Of a stretch of DNA of 64,000 nt, positions 19,242-29,053 are shown one piece after another. Below the pieces are notes generated by a model. The model had not been told where the DNA came from. It searched no databases and was given only the letters and a program-made list of their open reading frames with translations. A program made the position numbers and the translations under genes. Where the stretch lies: contig OZ242374.1 in NCBI GenBank assembly GCA_965209055.1, forward strand, positions 5,568,001 through 5,632,000, written 5' to 3'. This DNA is from Acidobacteriota bacterium. GTDB lineage: Bacteria; Acidobacteriota; UBA6911; RPQK01; JAJDTT01. Position 1 is the first letter of the stretch; each line of letters opens with the position of its first letter.

Positions 19242-20594
19242 TCACCTGACGTGAAAATCGATCATCTTCTCGATGGCTTCCCTGCAGACCGGGCAGAAAT
19301 CGGGTTCATCGCGGCTGAACATGACGCAGGTCAGCGCGGGACGGTACAGCCCGGTGGGCGCGTAGCTGGCCCCTTCGAAAGCTCCCACGGCGCCCGTGTG
19401 AGGCTCCCTTTCTCGAACCGTCGTTCCAGCGTCCGAATTCTCTCCATTGTTCCGGCTTCCGAGTTCGTGTCCCCGCTTGTCCCAAGGAGTGGGAAGCGGC
19501 GTTCCCTCTTGCACCAGGTGGCCCCATTTGAGCTGGTCCGGATCCAGAAGGGCCGTGATGTTCGGCTCCCAAGGCTCCACGCCGGGCGCCACGAGGTCCA
19601 GGTAGGCCACGGTCGAAGTGTAGTACTCGTCTCCGAGACCGGCGAAGAGATGTCCGAATTCATGCACGAGAAGGTGGGAGCTGTAGGGAGAATCCGCGGC
19701 CACCACCGCGTAGAGGTTGAAGATTCCGCCTCCTCCATACTCCTCCTCATTGACCAGGATGACGACGAAATCGCTGGGAGCGGAGGCCGCCGCATCCCGC
19801 CAGGCCCGGTCGTCCGTGGTCAGGATGTAGCGCTTCAAACCGAGGGCATCGTAACTGGCCCCCAGAGGCGAATTCCTGGCGACGCCGGCGGCCGGCCGGG
19901 ACACGCCCGCGGCCGGCGCCGGCGTAAAGAGGACTGTCACGTTGAAGTCGGTCCGGCGCGAAGCAAAGGGCTCGACCCGGAAGAGGGCCTCGGCAAGGCG
20001 CTCTGCGTCCCGTTTGAACTCGTCTTCTTCCGGATACCCGTCTCCCAGGAAAAGAAGGTCCACCTTCCGCGTCGAGGGACCGTTTCGCATCAGCGTCGTC
20101 GGGTTGCCGGACCTGGTCGGAGAACGGTCGATCTCGTTGGCTCGGGGATCGATTAAAAGATCCCACACCGGCTGGAACGCCTGTTTGCGGTTCCGCTTGT
20201 GGAGTTCCAACCGCACGGTTCGCCGCGGCTCCGGAAAGCAGACCGCTTCCGGAAACGTGCGCCAGATTTCCTCCCTGGCCTCTTCCGTCGTCTCCCACTC
20301 CCCGTAGATGCTGGAGAACCCTCTGGAGAACAGGACACGCCCGGATTCGGGATCGGTCAGCCGGAAGCGGTACTTGCCCAAGCCGGTCGAATCCAGCACG
20401 CGGCGCGGATTCCCGGCCCAGGGGCCTTCGACCCGGATTCGATCCAGGCTGAAACGCTCCTTCGTGGCCGTCCCGGTATGGAAGTAGTCGACCCGCATGA
20501 GGGCGCTCGTGAAATCCCGGAGGAAGGCGTCCTCCATTTCCGCGGCCGTCCAAGCCATGGCCGCCAGGGCGATCCAGATCGGCATTTGCTGCAC
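19242..20594 (-). CDS. Secreted metallopeptidase, family M64 (IgA peptidase-like)
   Basis: FLGDGY, YGGGG, HEFGHLFAGLGDEY, EPN, FEGA, YRP...C.M...FCPVC. Confidence 0.9.
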   Translation of the reverse strand: MQQMPIWIALAAMAWTAAEMEDAFLRDFTSALMRVDYFHTGTATKERFSLDRIRVEGPWAGNPRRVLDSTGLGKYRFRLTDPESGRVLFSRGFSSIYGEWETTEEAREEIWRTFPEAVCFPEPRRTVRLELHKRNRKQAFQPVWDLLIDPRANEIDRSPTRSGNPTTLMRNGPSTRKVDLLFLGDGYPEEDEFKRDAERLAEALFRVEPFASRRTDFNVTVLFTPAPAAGVSRPAAGVARNSPLGASYDALGLKRYILTTDDRAWRDAAASAPSDFVVILVNEEEYGGGGIFNLYAVVAADSPYSSHLLVHEFGHLFAGLGDEYYTSTVAYLDLVAPGVEPWEPNITALLDPDQLKWGHLVQEGTPLPTPWDKRGHELGSRNNGENSDAGTTVREREPHTGAVGAFEGASYAPTGLYRPALTCVMFSRDEPDFCPVCREAIEKMIDFHVR

Positions 20595-20692
20595 CCTACC
20601 AGCCCGTGGCGAAGGTCGTCACGGGCATTCGATTCGGTCTGCATTCGGGTGGAGGGTGCGGCAGCCTTCGAGACCGTTCCTTCGCCCTGACT

Positions 20693-21595
20693 TCAGCTCG
20701 CTTCAAAGCGGGCGAGGATTTCCATGAGGGACAGCGGGTCGACCCGGGCTTTCCGGAGTCGAACGGACCAGTGCAGGTGCGGACCCGTAACCCGGCCCGT
20801 GGCCCCGACGTGGCCGATGAGGTCTCCGCGCTCCACCAGGTCCCCCTTCTTGACCGTAAAGTCATCGAGATGGGCGAAATAGGAATACAGTCCCTGGCCG
20901 TGGTCCAGGATCACCGTGTTGCCCGCGTAGTAGAGATTCCGGGCCAGCACCGCCACTCCGGCGTTGGGACTCTTGACGGGAGTGCCCCTGGAGGCGCGAA
21001 AGTCGGTTCCGCTATGAGGGCTGCGAGGTTTACCGTTGAGGATGCTCCGCTTGCCGAAACTGCTGTTGGCCCGCCCCGGAACGGGCCGGAGGAAAAATCC
21101 GGCCCAGTGGCGTTCGCTGCCCGCTTCGCCGAATATGCCGGAAACGAGCCGGCGTTCCCGCTTGATTCGCGCCAGGGACTTTTTCGGAGGCGTCACGAAT
21201 TTTTCCGGCAGGTTGAGTCTGCGCGTCGGGAAATTCTTGTGCTTGACCGTGATACGGTGATCCGCCCGGGTAAAAATGCGGTCCTGCTCGTAGAGTTCGA
21301 ACCGGAGCAGATAACCACCCGGTTTCGTTTCCAGATCGATTCCGACCAGTGCCCACCAGTTGGTCGGGACCTCTCCCAGGCCGGGTTCGAGAGGCAGTTT
21401 CTGCTGAAAGACCCGCAATGCGACCCGATCCACCCGGCGCGGCGCAGTCACGGTGACCAGCATCACCTCTCCCGGCTGGAAGGCCCTGGCGAGTGGGGTG
21501 ATCCGGACCCCCTCGGCTGCGCCGTCCGTGGCCGGAGGCGGTTGTCCGATCAGTGGAACGGTCAGGAGGAGCAATACCCAGGGAATGACTCGCAT
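20693..21595 (-). CDS. M23 family metallopeptidase
   Basis: HSGTD and GPHLHW Zn motifs, GNTVILDHG; signal peptide from ATG 21595. Confidence 0.92.
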   Translation of the reverse strand: MRVIPWVLLLLTVPLIGQPPPATDGAAEGVRITPLARAFQPGEVMLVTVTAPRRVDRVALRVFQQKLPLEPGLGEVPTNWWALVGIDLETKPGGYLLRFELYEQDRIFTRADHRITVKHKNFPTRRLNLPEKFVTPPKKSLARIKRERRLVSGIFGEAGSERHWAGFFLRPVPGRANSSFGKRSILNGKPRSPHSGTDFRASRGTPVKSPNAGVAVLARNLYYAGNTVILDHGQGLYSYFAHLDDFTVKKGDLVERGDLIGHVGATGRVTGPHLHWSVRLRKARVDPLSLMEILARFEAS

Positions 21596-21740
21596 GGCTG
21601 TCCGGCAGGTTACCACGCCAGTCTGATGCCAAACGGTCCACCCTCAGGGGTCTGGCCCCAGTGTCTCCCGTTGCCGCGGACGCTCGTCGCGGGTTTTTCG
21701 TTTCGACTTGCCGGTTCGTCTTCCAGAGCCGGAGGCGCCG

Positions 21741-22943
21741 TCAAAAATATTGCTTGAAGCCGAAGAAAAGGGTCCTGGGAACCGCCCCGTACTCGGTTCC
21801 CGGCTGGCCGTCCACTCCAGGATTGGCGCCAAATCCGAACTGGCTCCCCACCAGAAATTCCGAGTCATTGCCGGTGGACCAGGTCAAAGAGGGTAGCCAG
21901 AGGAGTGAGCCGTCGCTCCCGTTGACGAGTGCGGTGGTGGAAAACGTAAAGAGAGGGTGCAGGAGCATAGCCAGCGAAACCCCTCCATAGAGCTGGCCGG
22001 TGCCGTTGACCTCGCCGCGAGAGATCCGGTCCGAGTCGAAATAGAGGGGATATTCTCCGGGCGCCCCGGTCCCATACCCGTTGTAGGCGCCCTCCAGAAT
22101 CAAGGTCAGGTAAGGCGTCAATTGTTGATCGACTCCCACCGATCCCCTCCAAAACGTCTCCCGGTTCCGTTCCGCGTCCGCGGCGTCTCCGGACCGTGTC
22201 CAGCTGACCTCGCCCCGCAGGCCGGTCCCGGCAACGTCGGAAGTCACGAAAAGACCGGCCACGTCGTCCCCGTGGAAACTCCCCCCCATGAACCCCACGT
22301 CCACTGCGCCGGCGTTCAGCCGAAGCTGGAACCCGGCGGCGGCGTCCTCTCCGGGATCGGGACCCAACGAGGCGGCCACCACCTCCAATTCGGAGAACTG
22401 CCCCAGGCGCAATACGCCTCGGACGGCGTCGATGCCCGGCTTGTAGTCCCGGTCGAGGCGCTGGGGAGCGAAGGGAGCGAAAAGATCCAGGGCCGGCCAG
22501 AAGTAACTGACGCCCCAGGTGAGTGCCTGCCTCCCGACGATGACGTTCAGCGGGTCGAACTCCAGCTCCAGGTTCAGGCGGTCGAAAGCGGCCAGCAGGC
22601 GACCCTCGGCCCGGTTCATGAGATGGCGCTCCATCGGCAGGTAGAGATTCGCCGAGGAATCCGCCAGATCGGCCGAAGCGGACAGCGGAGGAGACAGGAA
22701 ATTCAGTATGGCGTGGGATTCCACGCGGGCGCGCCGCGTGAACTCGAAATTGGAGGTCAAACGGAATATGGCCAGCTCGGAATCACGTCTGGCCGTCGGG
22801 GCAAGCTTTTCTCTCAGGAAGAGATAGGACCGAATCGATCCGCCCCAGTCCAGGTCCTGGGCCTGGAGCACAGGCGTGGCCAGCATCCAGAACAGAGGAA
22901 GAAGCCTGGGCCAATGCCGCGGACTACCGCCGATCGTCGGCAT
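21741..22943 (-). CDS. Putative outer-membrane beta-barrel protein associated with the ABC export operon
   Basis: Signal peptide, GRQALTWG and GIDAVR motifs, amphipathic strands, C-terminal KQYF; overlaps ATPase stop. Confidence 0.65.
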   Translation of the reverse strand: MPTIGGSPRHWPRLLPLFWMLATPVLQAQDLDWGGSIRSYLFLREKLAPTARRDSELAIFRLTSNFEFTRRARVESHAILNFLSPPLSASADLADSSANLYLPMERHLMNRAEGRLLAAFDRLNLELEFDPLNVIVGRQALTWGVSYFWPALDLFAPFAPQRLDRDYKPGIDAVRGVLRLGQFSELEVVAASLGPDPGEDAAAGFQLRLNAGAVDVGFMGGSFHGDDVAGLFVTSDVAGTGLRGEVSWTRSGDAADAERNRETFWRGSVGVDQQLTPYLTLILEGAYNGYGTGAPGEYPLYFDSDRISRGEVNGTGQLYGGVSLAMLLHPLFTFSTTALVNGSDGSLLWLPSLTWSTGNDSEFLVGSQFGFGANPGVDGQPGTEYGAVPRTLFFGFKQYF

Positions 22944-23625
22944 CGACTTCCCCATCCACCAGGCGGATGGTCCGCCTGGCCCGTTCCATGACCCTGGGAT
23001 CGTGGGTGGAGAAAATAAAGGTCGTCCCGTTTTCCCGATTGAGCCTCTCCATCAGATCCAGCAGGGAGAGGGCCGTGCGGCTGTCCAGGTTGGCCGTGGG
23101 CTCGTCGGCCAGAATCAAAGGCGGCTCCGCCACCACCGCACGCGCCACCGCCACGCGCTGCTGTTGTCCGCCTGACAGCTGGTCCGGCTTGCGGTCTTCC
23201 AGTCCACCCAATCCCACCTCCTCCAGAATGGCCCGAACCTTCTCCCGGCGTTGACGCCGCGGCACTCCTCGAAGCAAGAGTATGAATTCGGCGTTTTCCT
23301 GCACCGTCAGCACCGGCAGCAGATTGTTGGCCTGAAAGATGAATCCGACCCGCTCGAGCCGGAGCCGGGTCAGTTGCTTGCGGCTTCTCTCAGCCAGATC
23401 GATCCCCTGCAGGCGAATCCGGCCCCGGGTGGGATGGTCGATTCCACAGGAGACGTTGAGCAGGGTGGTCTTGCCCGATCCGGAGGGACCGGCGACGGCC
23501 ACCAGTTCACCCCGCCGGATGGTCAGGTCGACGTCTCGCAGGGCGTGAACCGTCTGCTCTCCTTGCAGGTAGACGCGCGAGACTTTCTCGAGCCGAAGAA
23601 GGTCCGGTTCGCTCGAATGGGCCAT
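22924..23625 (-). CDS. ABC transporter ATP-binding protein (LolD/MacB-type)
   Basis: GPSGSGKTT, LSGGQQQRVA, DEPTANLD. Confidence 0.93.
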   Translation of the reverse strand: MAHSSEPDLLRLEKVSRVYLQGEQTVHALRDVDLTIRRGELVAVAGPSGSGKTTLLNVSCGIDHPTRGRIRLQGIDLAERSRKQLTRLRLERVGFIFQANNLLPVLTVQENAEFILLLRGVPRRQRREKVRAILEEVGLGGLEDRKPDQLSGGQQQRVAVARAVVAEPPLILADEPTANLDSRTALSLLDLMERLNRENGTTFIFSTHDPRVMERARRTIRLVDGEVDADDRR

Positions 23626-23627
23626 GT

Positions 23628-24884
23628 TTACATTCGTCCCAGCAACTGTACGCTGACCCGGCGCCCGGCGCGCCACGCCGGGACCAGAGCCAGGATCATG
23701 GTCAAGAACATGATGATCGATGCCGAGACGAGAAGGCGTTCGTTCGACAGCCGCGAGTAGAGTACCGGGTCCATCACCGCGCCGGCGGCGGACAGATCCC
23801 CTTCCCCATCGTAAAAGGCTTCCAGGGGCAGCCCGTGGGACTCCAGATACAGATGCGCGCCATAGCCGAGAGCCAGCCCCGCGGCCGTTGAGAACAGAGC
23901 CAACAGGACCGCTTCGGTGAACATCATGAAGAACCGGCCGGCAGGGGTTAATCCCAGCGCGTCCAGGAGCGCATATTCCCGCCTCCGTTCCAGCGCCGAC
24001 ATCATCAGTGTGTTCAGGACCACGAAGGCGATGAGGAGGAGAAAGATACCGTTGAACAGATAGTTTCCGGCGTTGTCCATGCGAATGAATTCGATGAGTT
24101 CCGGCATGGCATCCGCCCAGTCCAGCACTTCGGCCGACGCGGGCAGATCCGTCCGGCCGCGCCGTGCCAGCGCATGGGCTCCTTCGACGTCTTCCATGAA
24201 GACAGCGACCTGATGGACCTGACCGGGCAACAGCAACAACTCCTGGGCAGCCTCCAACGGGATGATCACCAGTCGTTGGTCCAGTTCGTCCATTCCCGTC
24301 CGCAGGATTCCATGGACCCGCAGGAGACGGGACTGGAGCTCGGCGCTTCCCGAGGCCTGGGAAAGAACCACGAACTTCGAACCCAAGCCCACGCCGAGCT
24401 TCCTGGCAACACCGGCGCCGACGACAGCCTGGTCTCCTGTTTCGGAACTCAGGAACTCTCCCGCCACCAGCTTCTCGCCGAATTTGGAGGCCTCACTCTC
24501 GGGCCCGGGTTGGGAGCCGATGACCCGGACCGCCGTTGAACCGTCGGCAGACGAGGCGAGCCCCGTGGAAAAGACTCTCTCCACCCGACTCTGAACCGAG
24601 CCATCGAAGCCCTCCCGTTCGATCCAGACTCGGACCTGGGACAGGGTTTCCGCTTCCAACGCCCGCTGAACGCCGCCGTGGTCGTGATAACCCTGGTGCT
24701 GGATCAGGACGTGGCCCGAACCCATGCGGACAGCGTTGTCGATCATCTGGAGATGGCTGCCGTCCCCCAGCCCGAATGTCACCAGCAGCAGCGCCAGTCC
24801 CAACGCCACCGTGGCCGCGGTCAGTACGGTTCGGCGCCGATTGCGCCCCAGGTTTCTCCAGGCCAGCTTGAGAATGATCTTCAC
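23628..24884 (-). CDS. ABC permease, FtsX/LolE/MacB type
   Basis: LAWRNLGRNRRRT, periplasmic domain, NTLMMSALERRREY..L.ALG. Confidence 0.9.
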   Translation of the reverse strand: MKIILKLAWRNLGRNRRRTVLTAATVALGLALLLVTFGLGDGSHLQMIDNAVRMGSGHVLIQHQGYHDHGGVQRALEAETLSQVRVWIEREGFDGSVQSRVERVFSTGLASSADGSTAVRVIGSQPGPESEASKFGEKLVAGEFLSSETGDQAVVGAGVARKLGVGLGSKFVVLSQASGSAELQSRLLRVHGILRTGMDELDQRLVIIPLEAAQELLLLPGQVHQVAVFMEDVEGAHALARRGRTDLPASAEVLDWADAMPELIEFIRMDNAGNYLFNGIFLLLIAFVVLNTLMMSALERRREYALLDALGLTPAGRFFMMFTEAVLLALFSTAAGLALGYGAHLYLESHGLPLEAFYDGEGDLSAAGAVMDPVLYSRLSNERLLVSASIIMFLTMILALVPAWRAGRRVSVQLLGRM

Positions 24885-24888
24885 GCAG

Positions 24889-26136
24889 TCAGGCTTTCGA
24901 CAGGTTTCTCATGGCCAGGACCGGATTCACGAACGCGGCCCGCAGAGCCGGGAGCAGTGATGCGACGACGGTGGCCAGAAGCAGCCCCACGGCCGGCAAC
25001 CAGACGGCGGCCCAGGACCAGGCAACTGGAATCACCGGATCCATCCGGGTCTCCAGCAAGGAGATCTCGCCCATCCAGGATCTCAGGTCCAGTCCGGTGG
25101 AACTCAGATGCCACACCAGCAGGCTGCCCAGGGCCAGGCCGGTGCCCAGACCCGCCACCGCCAGAGCGATGCTCTCGGAAACGACGGTGAGAACCACCGA
25201 GGCGGGCCGCATGCCCAGGGCCGACAGCATTCCCAGTTCCCGGACCCTCTCGAAGACCGACATGAGCATGGTGTTGAGGACGCCCAACGCCGCGAAGAGC
25301 CCCACCAGCCCGATCATGACGACGTAGCTGGCGGTCACCATGTCCAGGTAATCGCTCAGGGTGGGAAGGAGGCTCCTCCAGCTCCGGGCCACGGCGCCCG
25401 GGGGAAGGATGTCCGAATCGTTCAGTCTCGCCGCAAACGCCTCCGCCGCTCCGGGATCGCGAAGCTTGATCGTGATTTCATGAACACGCTCCGGCGCCAG
25501 CGACAACAACTCTTGAAGGTCCGTCAAGTGAACCAGCATCAGTGACCGGTCCAGAAACGCCATGCCCGTGCGCAGCGTTCCCCGGTTCAGGTAGAGGTCA
25601 TTGCCGATGGTTCCATCGGCAGCCTGGGTGACCAGTGCGATCTCGGTTCCCGTTCCGGCCACCAGCTCCTGTTGCAAGCTCTCTCCCAGAAGAAGGCCCC
25701 GTCCCTGGAGATTCTTCGGGCTCCCCTGCCCCTGCAACCCGCTGACCTTGGATTCCTGAACCGGATCGATCCCCACGATCGCCACTCCGGCGGAGGTTTC
25801 ACCCGTGGACGCCAGACCGGCGGCGTGAATCCGGGCTGTGGATGCGGCCACTTCGGGCTCGCGCCGCAGCCTCTCGGCGAGGGCCCGCCAATCGGTCCCC
25901 TCGCTGCCTCCCAACGTTTCGTAGAGATCCCGGTCGGGCAGATACTCCGGGTGGTGGATCTGAACGTGCCCCACCAGCAGATCGGTGCCGTTGTTGAGCA
26001 TCTGGACCCGCATGCCCTCGGTGATGCTGACCAGGAACATGAGGACGGCGTACCCCGAAGCCAGACCGACAATGGTGATGAGGCTTCGCAGAGGATTCCT
26101 CCACAGATTCCTCCATCCCAGGAGAAACACCATCAT
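24889..26136 (-). CDS. ABC permease, FtsX/LolE/MacB type
   Basis: WRNLWRNPLRS, NTMLMSVFERVRELGML.ALG, PALRAA..NPV.AMR. Confidence 0.9.
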   Translation of the reverse strand: MMVFLLGWRNLWRNPLRSLITIVGLASGYAVLMFLVSITEGMRVQMLNNGTDLLVGHVQIHHPEYLPDRDLYETLGGSEGTDWRALAERLRREPEVAASTARIHAAGLASTGETSAGVAIVGIDPVQESKVSGLQGQGSPKNLQGRGLLLGESLQQELVAGTGTEIALVTQAADGTIGNDLYLNRGTLRTGMAFLDRSLMLVHLTDLQELLSLAPERVHEITIKLRDPGAAEAFAARLNDSDILPPGAVARSWRSLLPTLSDYLDMVTASYVVMIGLVGLFAALGVLNTMLMSVFERVRELGMLSALGMRPASVVLTVVSESIALAVAGLGTGLALGSLLVWHLSSTGLDLRSWMGEISLLETRMDPVIPVAWSWAAVWLPAVGLLLATVVASLLPALRAAFVNPVLAMRNLSKA

Positions 26137-26939
26137 CGTCTCGCCCGCAGATTGGAAAGGGAGAAGGTCTTTTCGGCGATGGGAACGTCGAAGGAGAGAT
26201 CCTTGTAGATCATCTCGGTGAATTCCCCCGGTTTGTTCTCGGGGACGATGCTCATGCGGGTGGGAATCCGTCTGCCTCCCATCACGGCGTAATCCGAGAA
26301 GCTCATGGTCCGCTTCAGGGCCTCGTCCTCGCCGTAGTACCGGGCCCAGACCGGCAACAGGTCAGCCTGCCGGACCCGGTAGACGATCCGGCCCCAGACC
26401 ACCGGCGCCTCCGGTTTGGGGACGAGTTCGAACTCCCAGACCGGCACCCCCTCCTTCTCGCCCTCGAAGGAGATCCCGATGTCGTAGTCCCGGACCAGGC
26501 GGCTCTCCTTGACCAGGTCGTCGTTGGTGAGGTGGGACCCCATCCATGCGCCCATCATCATGGACGTGGGGACGCGGATGACCCGCTCGATCTTGGACAG
26601 GTAGTTCCACATGTTGGAACCCACCCTCAAGGTGGCGGTTCCCCGGTTCTTCCTGGGAGCCAGGATTCGAATCAGGGCCTTGTCGGTTCCCTCGGACCAG
26701 ATCCGCAGAGTCATGCTGCGGTTCCATCTCCGGGTCGCCACCTTCATCTGGACCGTTCCCGTCGAGGACTCTCCGCGCAGCATCTGGTCGACCCGGTCCA
26801 TGATCTCCCGCGCCCGATCCTGCCGGATCGACAGCGAGGACTGGTTGGAAGACGGCCGGACGAGATCCAGCCATGAGCCGGCGATGAACAGAAAGAGAAG
26901 GATCCCCGGCAGTGACCAGTTGCGCGTTGTGAGTCTCAC
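26133..26939 (-). CDS. Outer membrane lipoprotein-sorting (LolA-like) protein
   Basis: Signal region; P....GTATL, MWNYL, WMGSHLTNDD, FSLSNL motifs; 4-bp overlap with permease. Confidence 0.85.
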   Translation of the reverse strand: MRLTTRNWSLPGILLFLFIAGSWLDLVRPSSNQSSLSIRQDRAREIMDRVDQMLRGESSTGTVQMKVATRRWNRSMTLRIWSEGTDKALIRILAPRKNRGTATLRVGSNMWNYLSKIERVIRVPTSMMMGAWMGSHLTNDDLVKESRLVRDYDIGISFEGEKEGVPVWEFELVPKPEAPVVWGRIVYRVRQADLLPVWARYYGEDEALKRTMSFSDYAVMGGRRIPTRMSIVPENKPGEFTEMIYKDLSFDVPIAEKTFSLSNLRARR

Positions 26940-26952
26940 GGCAGTGTCAGCT

Positions 26953-27558
26953 TCAACCGCCGGGACGGATGGTGTCCAGGAACGCCAGGAAGTCCTGGTG
27001 CCAATTGTCGATGGTTTTCCGTGGTCCGGTGAGCTTGAAGAACCAGGGGCCCGACGCCGTCTGTGCGATGACGGCCAGCATCCGATAGCCCTTCTTGGGA
27101 TCTCCCGGCCGCATCATGGGCCCGGACGAAGGACGGTAGGTGCCCGAGACGTCGACGAGCATCAGGCGGACTCCGTTCGCGGTCCGAGGGGCGACCTCGG
27201 CTTTTGACGGGCCGCCGCCGGTTTCGTCCGGACTGAACTGCCCCACCCAGCGCTTGATATTGGCCTCGATCGTGCCTCCCTGTCCGGGGAAGTGGAACAC
27301 GACCAATTCGCCGTCTTCAGGGTCGCCGCCGGCGCGGGGAAGACGATACTGAGCTTTCCGCATCGATGAGGTCGGCGTTTCCTCGATCCATCCGTCGGGC
27401 GCCGTAAAGAGCAGGCCGCCGATGGCACCCGCCGCCGACACCGTCCCGGAAGAAACCGCACCACCGGCGGCGGGCTCCTCCATGTTCCTGGAACAGTGAG
27501 TCGAGGCCAGGAAGAGGATCGTCCCGAATACCCCGAGAACACGCTTGATCTGTCTCAT
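26953..27558 (-). CDS. Conserved hypothetical exported protein/lipoprotein
   Basis: GGAGG RBS, signal ending in Cys, motifs PDGW, SMRKAQY, GQGG..EANIKRWVGQF, WFFKLTGP. Confidence 0.7.
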   Translation of the reverse strand: MRQIKRVLGVFGTILFLASTHCSRNMEEPAAGGAVSSGTVSAAGAIGGLLFTAPDGWIEETPTSSMRKAQYRLPRAGGDPEDGELVVFHFPGQGGTIEANIKRWVGQFSPDETGGGPSKAEVAPRTANGVRLMLVDVSGTYRPSSGPMMRPGDPKKGYRMLAVIAQTASGPWFFKLTGPRKTIDNWHQDFLAFLDTIRPGG

Positions 27559-27572
27559 GTCACCCTCCGTTT

Positions 27573-27959
27573 TCAGTCCTCGGGAATCCGCTTGCGGCCC
27601 GCGAAGCCGGCGTCGATCTCATGCCAGTAGAAGATGTCTTCTTCGCCATGTTTCCAGCAAAGGTAGACCTCGCGCCCTTCCTTCATATGGGGAAAGTCGA
27701 TGAGTCCCCGATCCACGCTCTTGACCAGGCAGCCCAGGCCCTGGAGCCGGGCGACGCACGATTGCAGTTGCAGGAGACGCTCCATGTAGGCCGTGCCTTC
27801 CGGGCTTCCCCGGTTGAGGTCGGCGCTCTTGGCCAGCTCCTGGACGGCTTCCTTGTAACGGGAAATCTCGCCGGACAGATTCATTCCGACCGACACCAGC
27901 TTCCTGACCAGGGGCAGTATTTTTCTGGCTTCGGCCAGAGTGAAGACTCGTTTCGCCAC
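27573..27959 (-). CDS. DUF2203 family protein
   Basis: FTLAEA..LP, GLIDFP, VYLCWKHGE, WHEIDAGFAGR; GTG 27959 lies 6 nt after TATACT (probably leaderless). Confidence 0.85.
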   Translation of the reverse strand: MAKRVFTLAEARKILPLVRKLVSVGMNLSGEISRYKEAVQELAKSADLNRGSPEGTAYMERLLQLQSCVARLQGLGCLVKSVDRGLIDFPHMKEGREVYLCWKHGEEDIFYWHEIDAGFAGRKRIPED

Positions 27960-28100
27960 GAAGACAGTATAGCCCTTCTGAGCGCCTTGAGCGCAGTTCG
28001 ACGGGGGCGGGATTGGGTTCGGCGTCGAATTCTCAAGCAAGCCAAATCGACCTCACGATGGTATCTTTTCGGCGCGATCGGGAATCCGGAGATTCGCGGC

Positions 28101-28727
28101 ATGAAATGCATTCTGTGCAACAGCAGGAAGGGAAAGCGCCACTGTCCGGCCAAGGGCACGCTCATTTGCGCCCCCTGTTGTGGCCGCCTCCGGGTGGTGG
28201 AGATCCCCTGTCCGGCCGACTGCGCCTATCTGACGTCGGGCCACGGCCATCAGGCCGGGAAAAAATATGTCGACCAGCTCCGCCAGGAGGAGGGCAGGGA
28301 CCGCCGAATCCGACTCTACGAGAACATGCGCCGATACCGTCCGCTCATCGACGAGATCGAGAAGGAGGTACTCCGCTACGGGCAGGGCCTGAGCAGTTTT
28401 CACGACCGGCATGTGCAGGAGGCGATCCGGCTGTTGCGGAAAACCTACCAGTCCGAGGAGCGGGGGGTGATCTACGAGCACAAGTCGGCCGACCCCATGG
28501 TTTCCGCGCTGATCCGCGCCGTTCAGGAGATGTTGGAGAAACTGCGGCAGGATCTCGAATTGAACCTCAGAGCGTCCGATATCCTGAATTGCATGGAGTG
28601 GGTGGAGTCGGAGGTCCGCTATCACCTGCGGCAACCTCCCGGCGGAGAGCCCTACCTGACCTTCATCCGCAAGAACCACCCCGAAATCACGCCGCCCTCA
28701 TCGGACCAGAACCTGATCGTGCTCTGA
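28101..28727 (+). CDS. Hypothetical protein with Cys-rich N-terminal (putative Zn-binding) domain
   Basis: GGAG RBS then MKCILC..HCPA..ICAPCC..IPCPADC followed by helical domain; upstream part of listed ORF is antisense to DUF2203. Confidence 0.75.
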   Translation: MKCILCNSRKGKRHCPAKGTLICAPCCGRLRVVEIPCPADCAYLTSGHGHQAGKKYVDQLRQEEGRDRRIRLYENMRRYRPLIDEIEKEVLRYGQGLSSFHDRHVQEAIRLLRKTYQSEERGVIYEHKSADPMVSALIRAVQEMLEKLRQDLELNLRASDILNCMEWVESEVRYHLRQPPGGEPYLTFIRKNHPEITPPSSDQNLIVL

Positions 28728-28766
28728 TGGAAATAGCGCGCGTCCGCACCCGTCGGACGAACCCCG

Positions 28767-28784
28767 TTACTCAATGAAAGGCAT
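28767..28784 (-). pseudogene. Possible 5-codon stub (MPFIE*) of a deleted VapC/PIN toxin
   Basis: TGATG coupling with the antitoxin stop; ATG CCT TTC ATT GAG TAA. Confidence 0.45.
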
Positions 28785-29026
28785 CAGGGTCTGCGCCCCT
28801 CGTCGCGGGCGTCGAGCAGTTCCACGACGGGAACGGATGTTCGTTTTGCCCGTGCGGCGTTCATGCGCTCGATGATCGCGCGACGGTCCTCGACGGTATC
28901 TTCCAGGCCGACAATTCGAGCGATCGGGACACCCCGGCGCGTAACTGTGAATTGCTCGCCCTGTTCTACCTGCCGAAGCAACTCGGACAAGCGGGTCTTT
29001 GCCTCGTGGGATCCGATGGTTTGCAT
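28784..29026 (-). CDS. Phd/YefM family antitoxin (orphan)
   Basis: MQTIGSHEAKTRLSELL..VEQGE...VTRRGVPIARI; GGAGG RBS. Confidence 0.9.
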   Translation of the reverse strand: MQTIGSHEAKTRLSELLRQVEQGEQFTVTRRGVPIARIVGLEDTVEDRRAIIERMNAARAKRTSVPVVELLDARDEGRRP

Positions 29027-29053
29027 GGAACCGGCCTCCGTCGGGAATGTGTA

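Noticed and set aside
27621-28100. N-terminal extension of the 368-aa ORF
   Set aside because: Antisense to DUF2203; a good RBS and ATG at 28101 define the real start.
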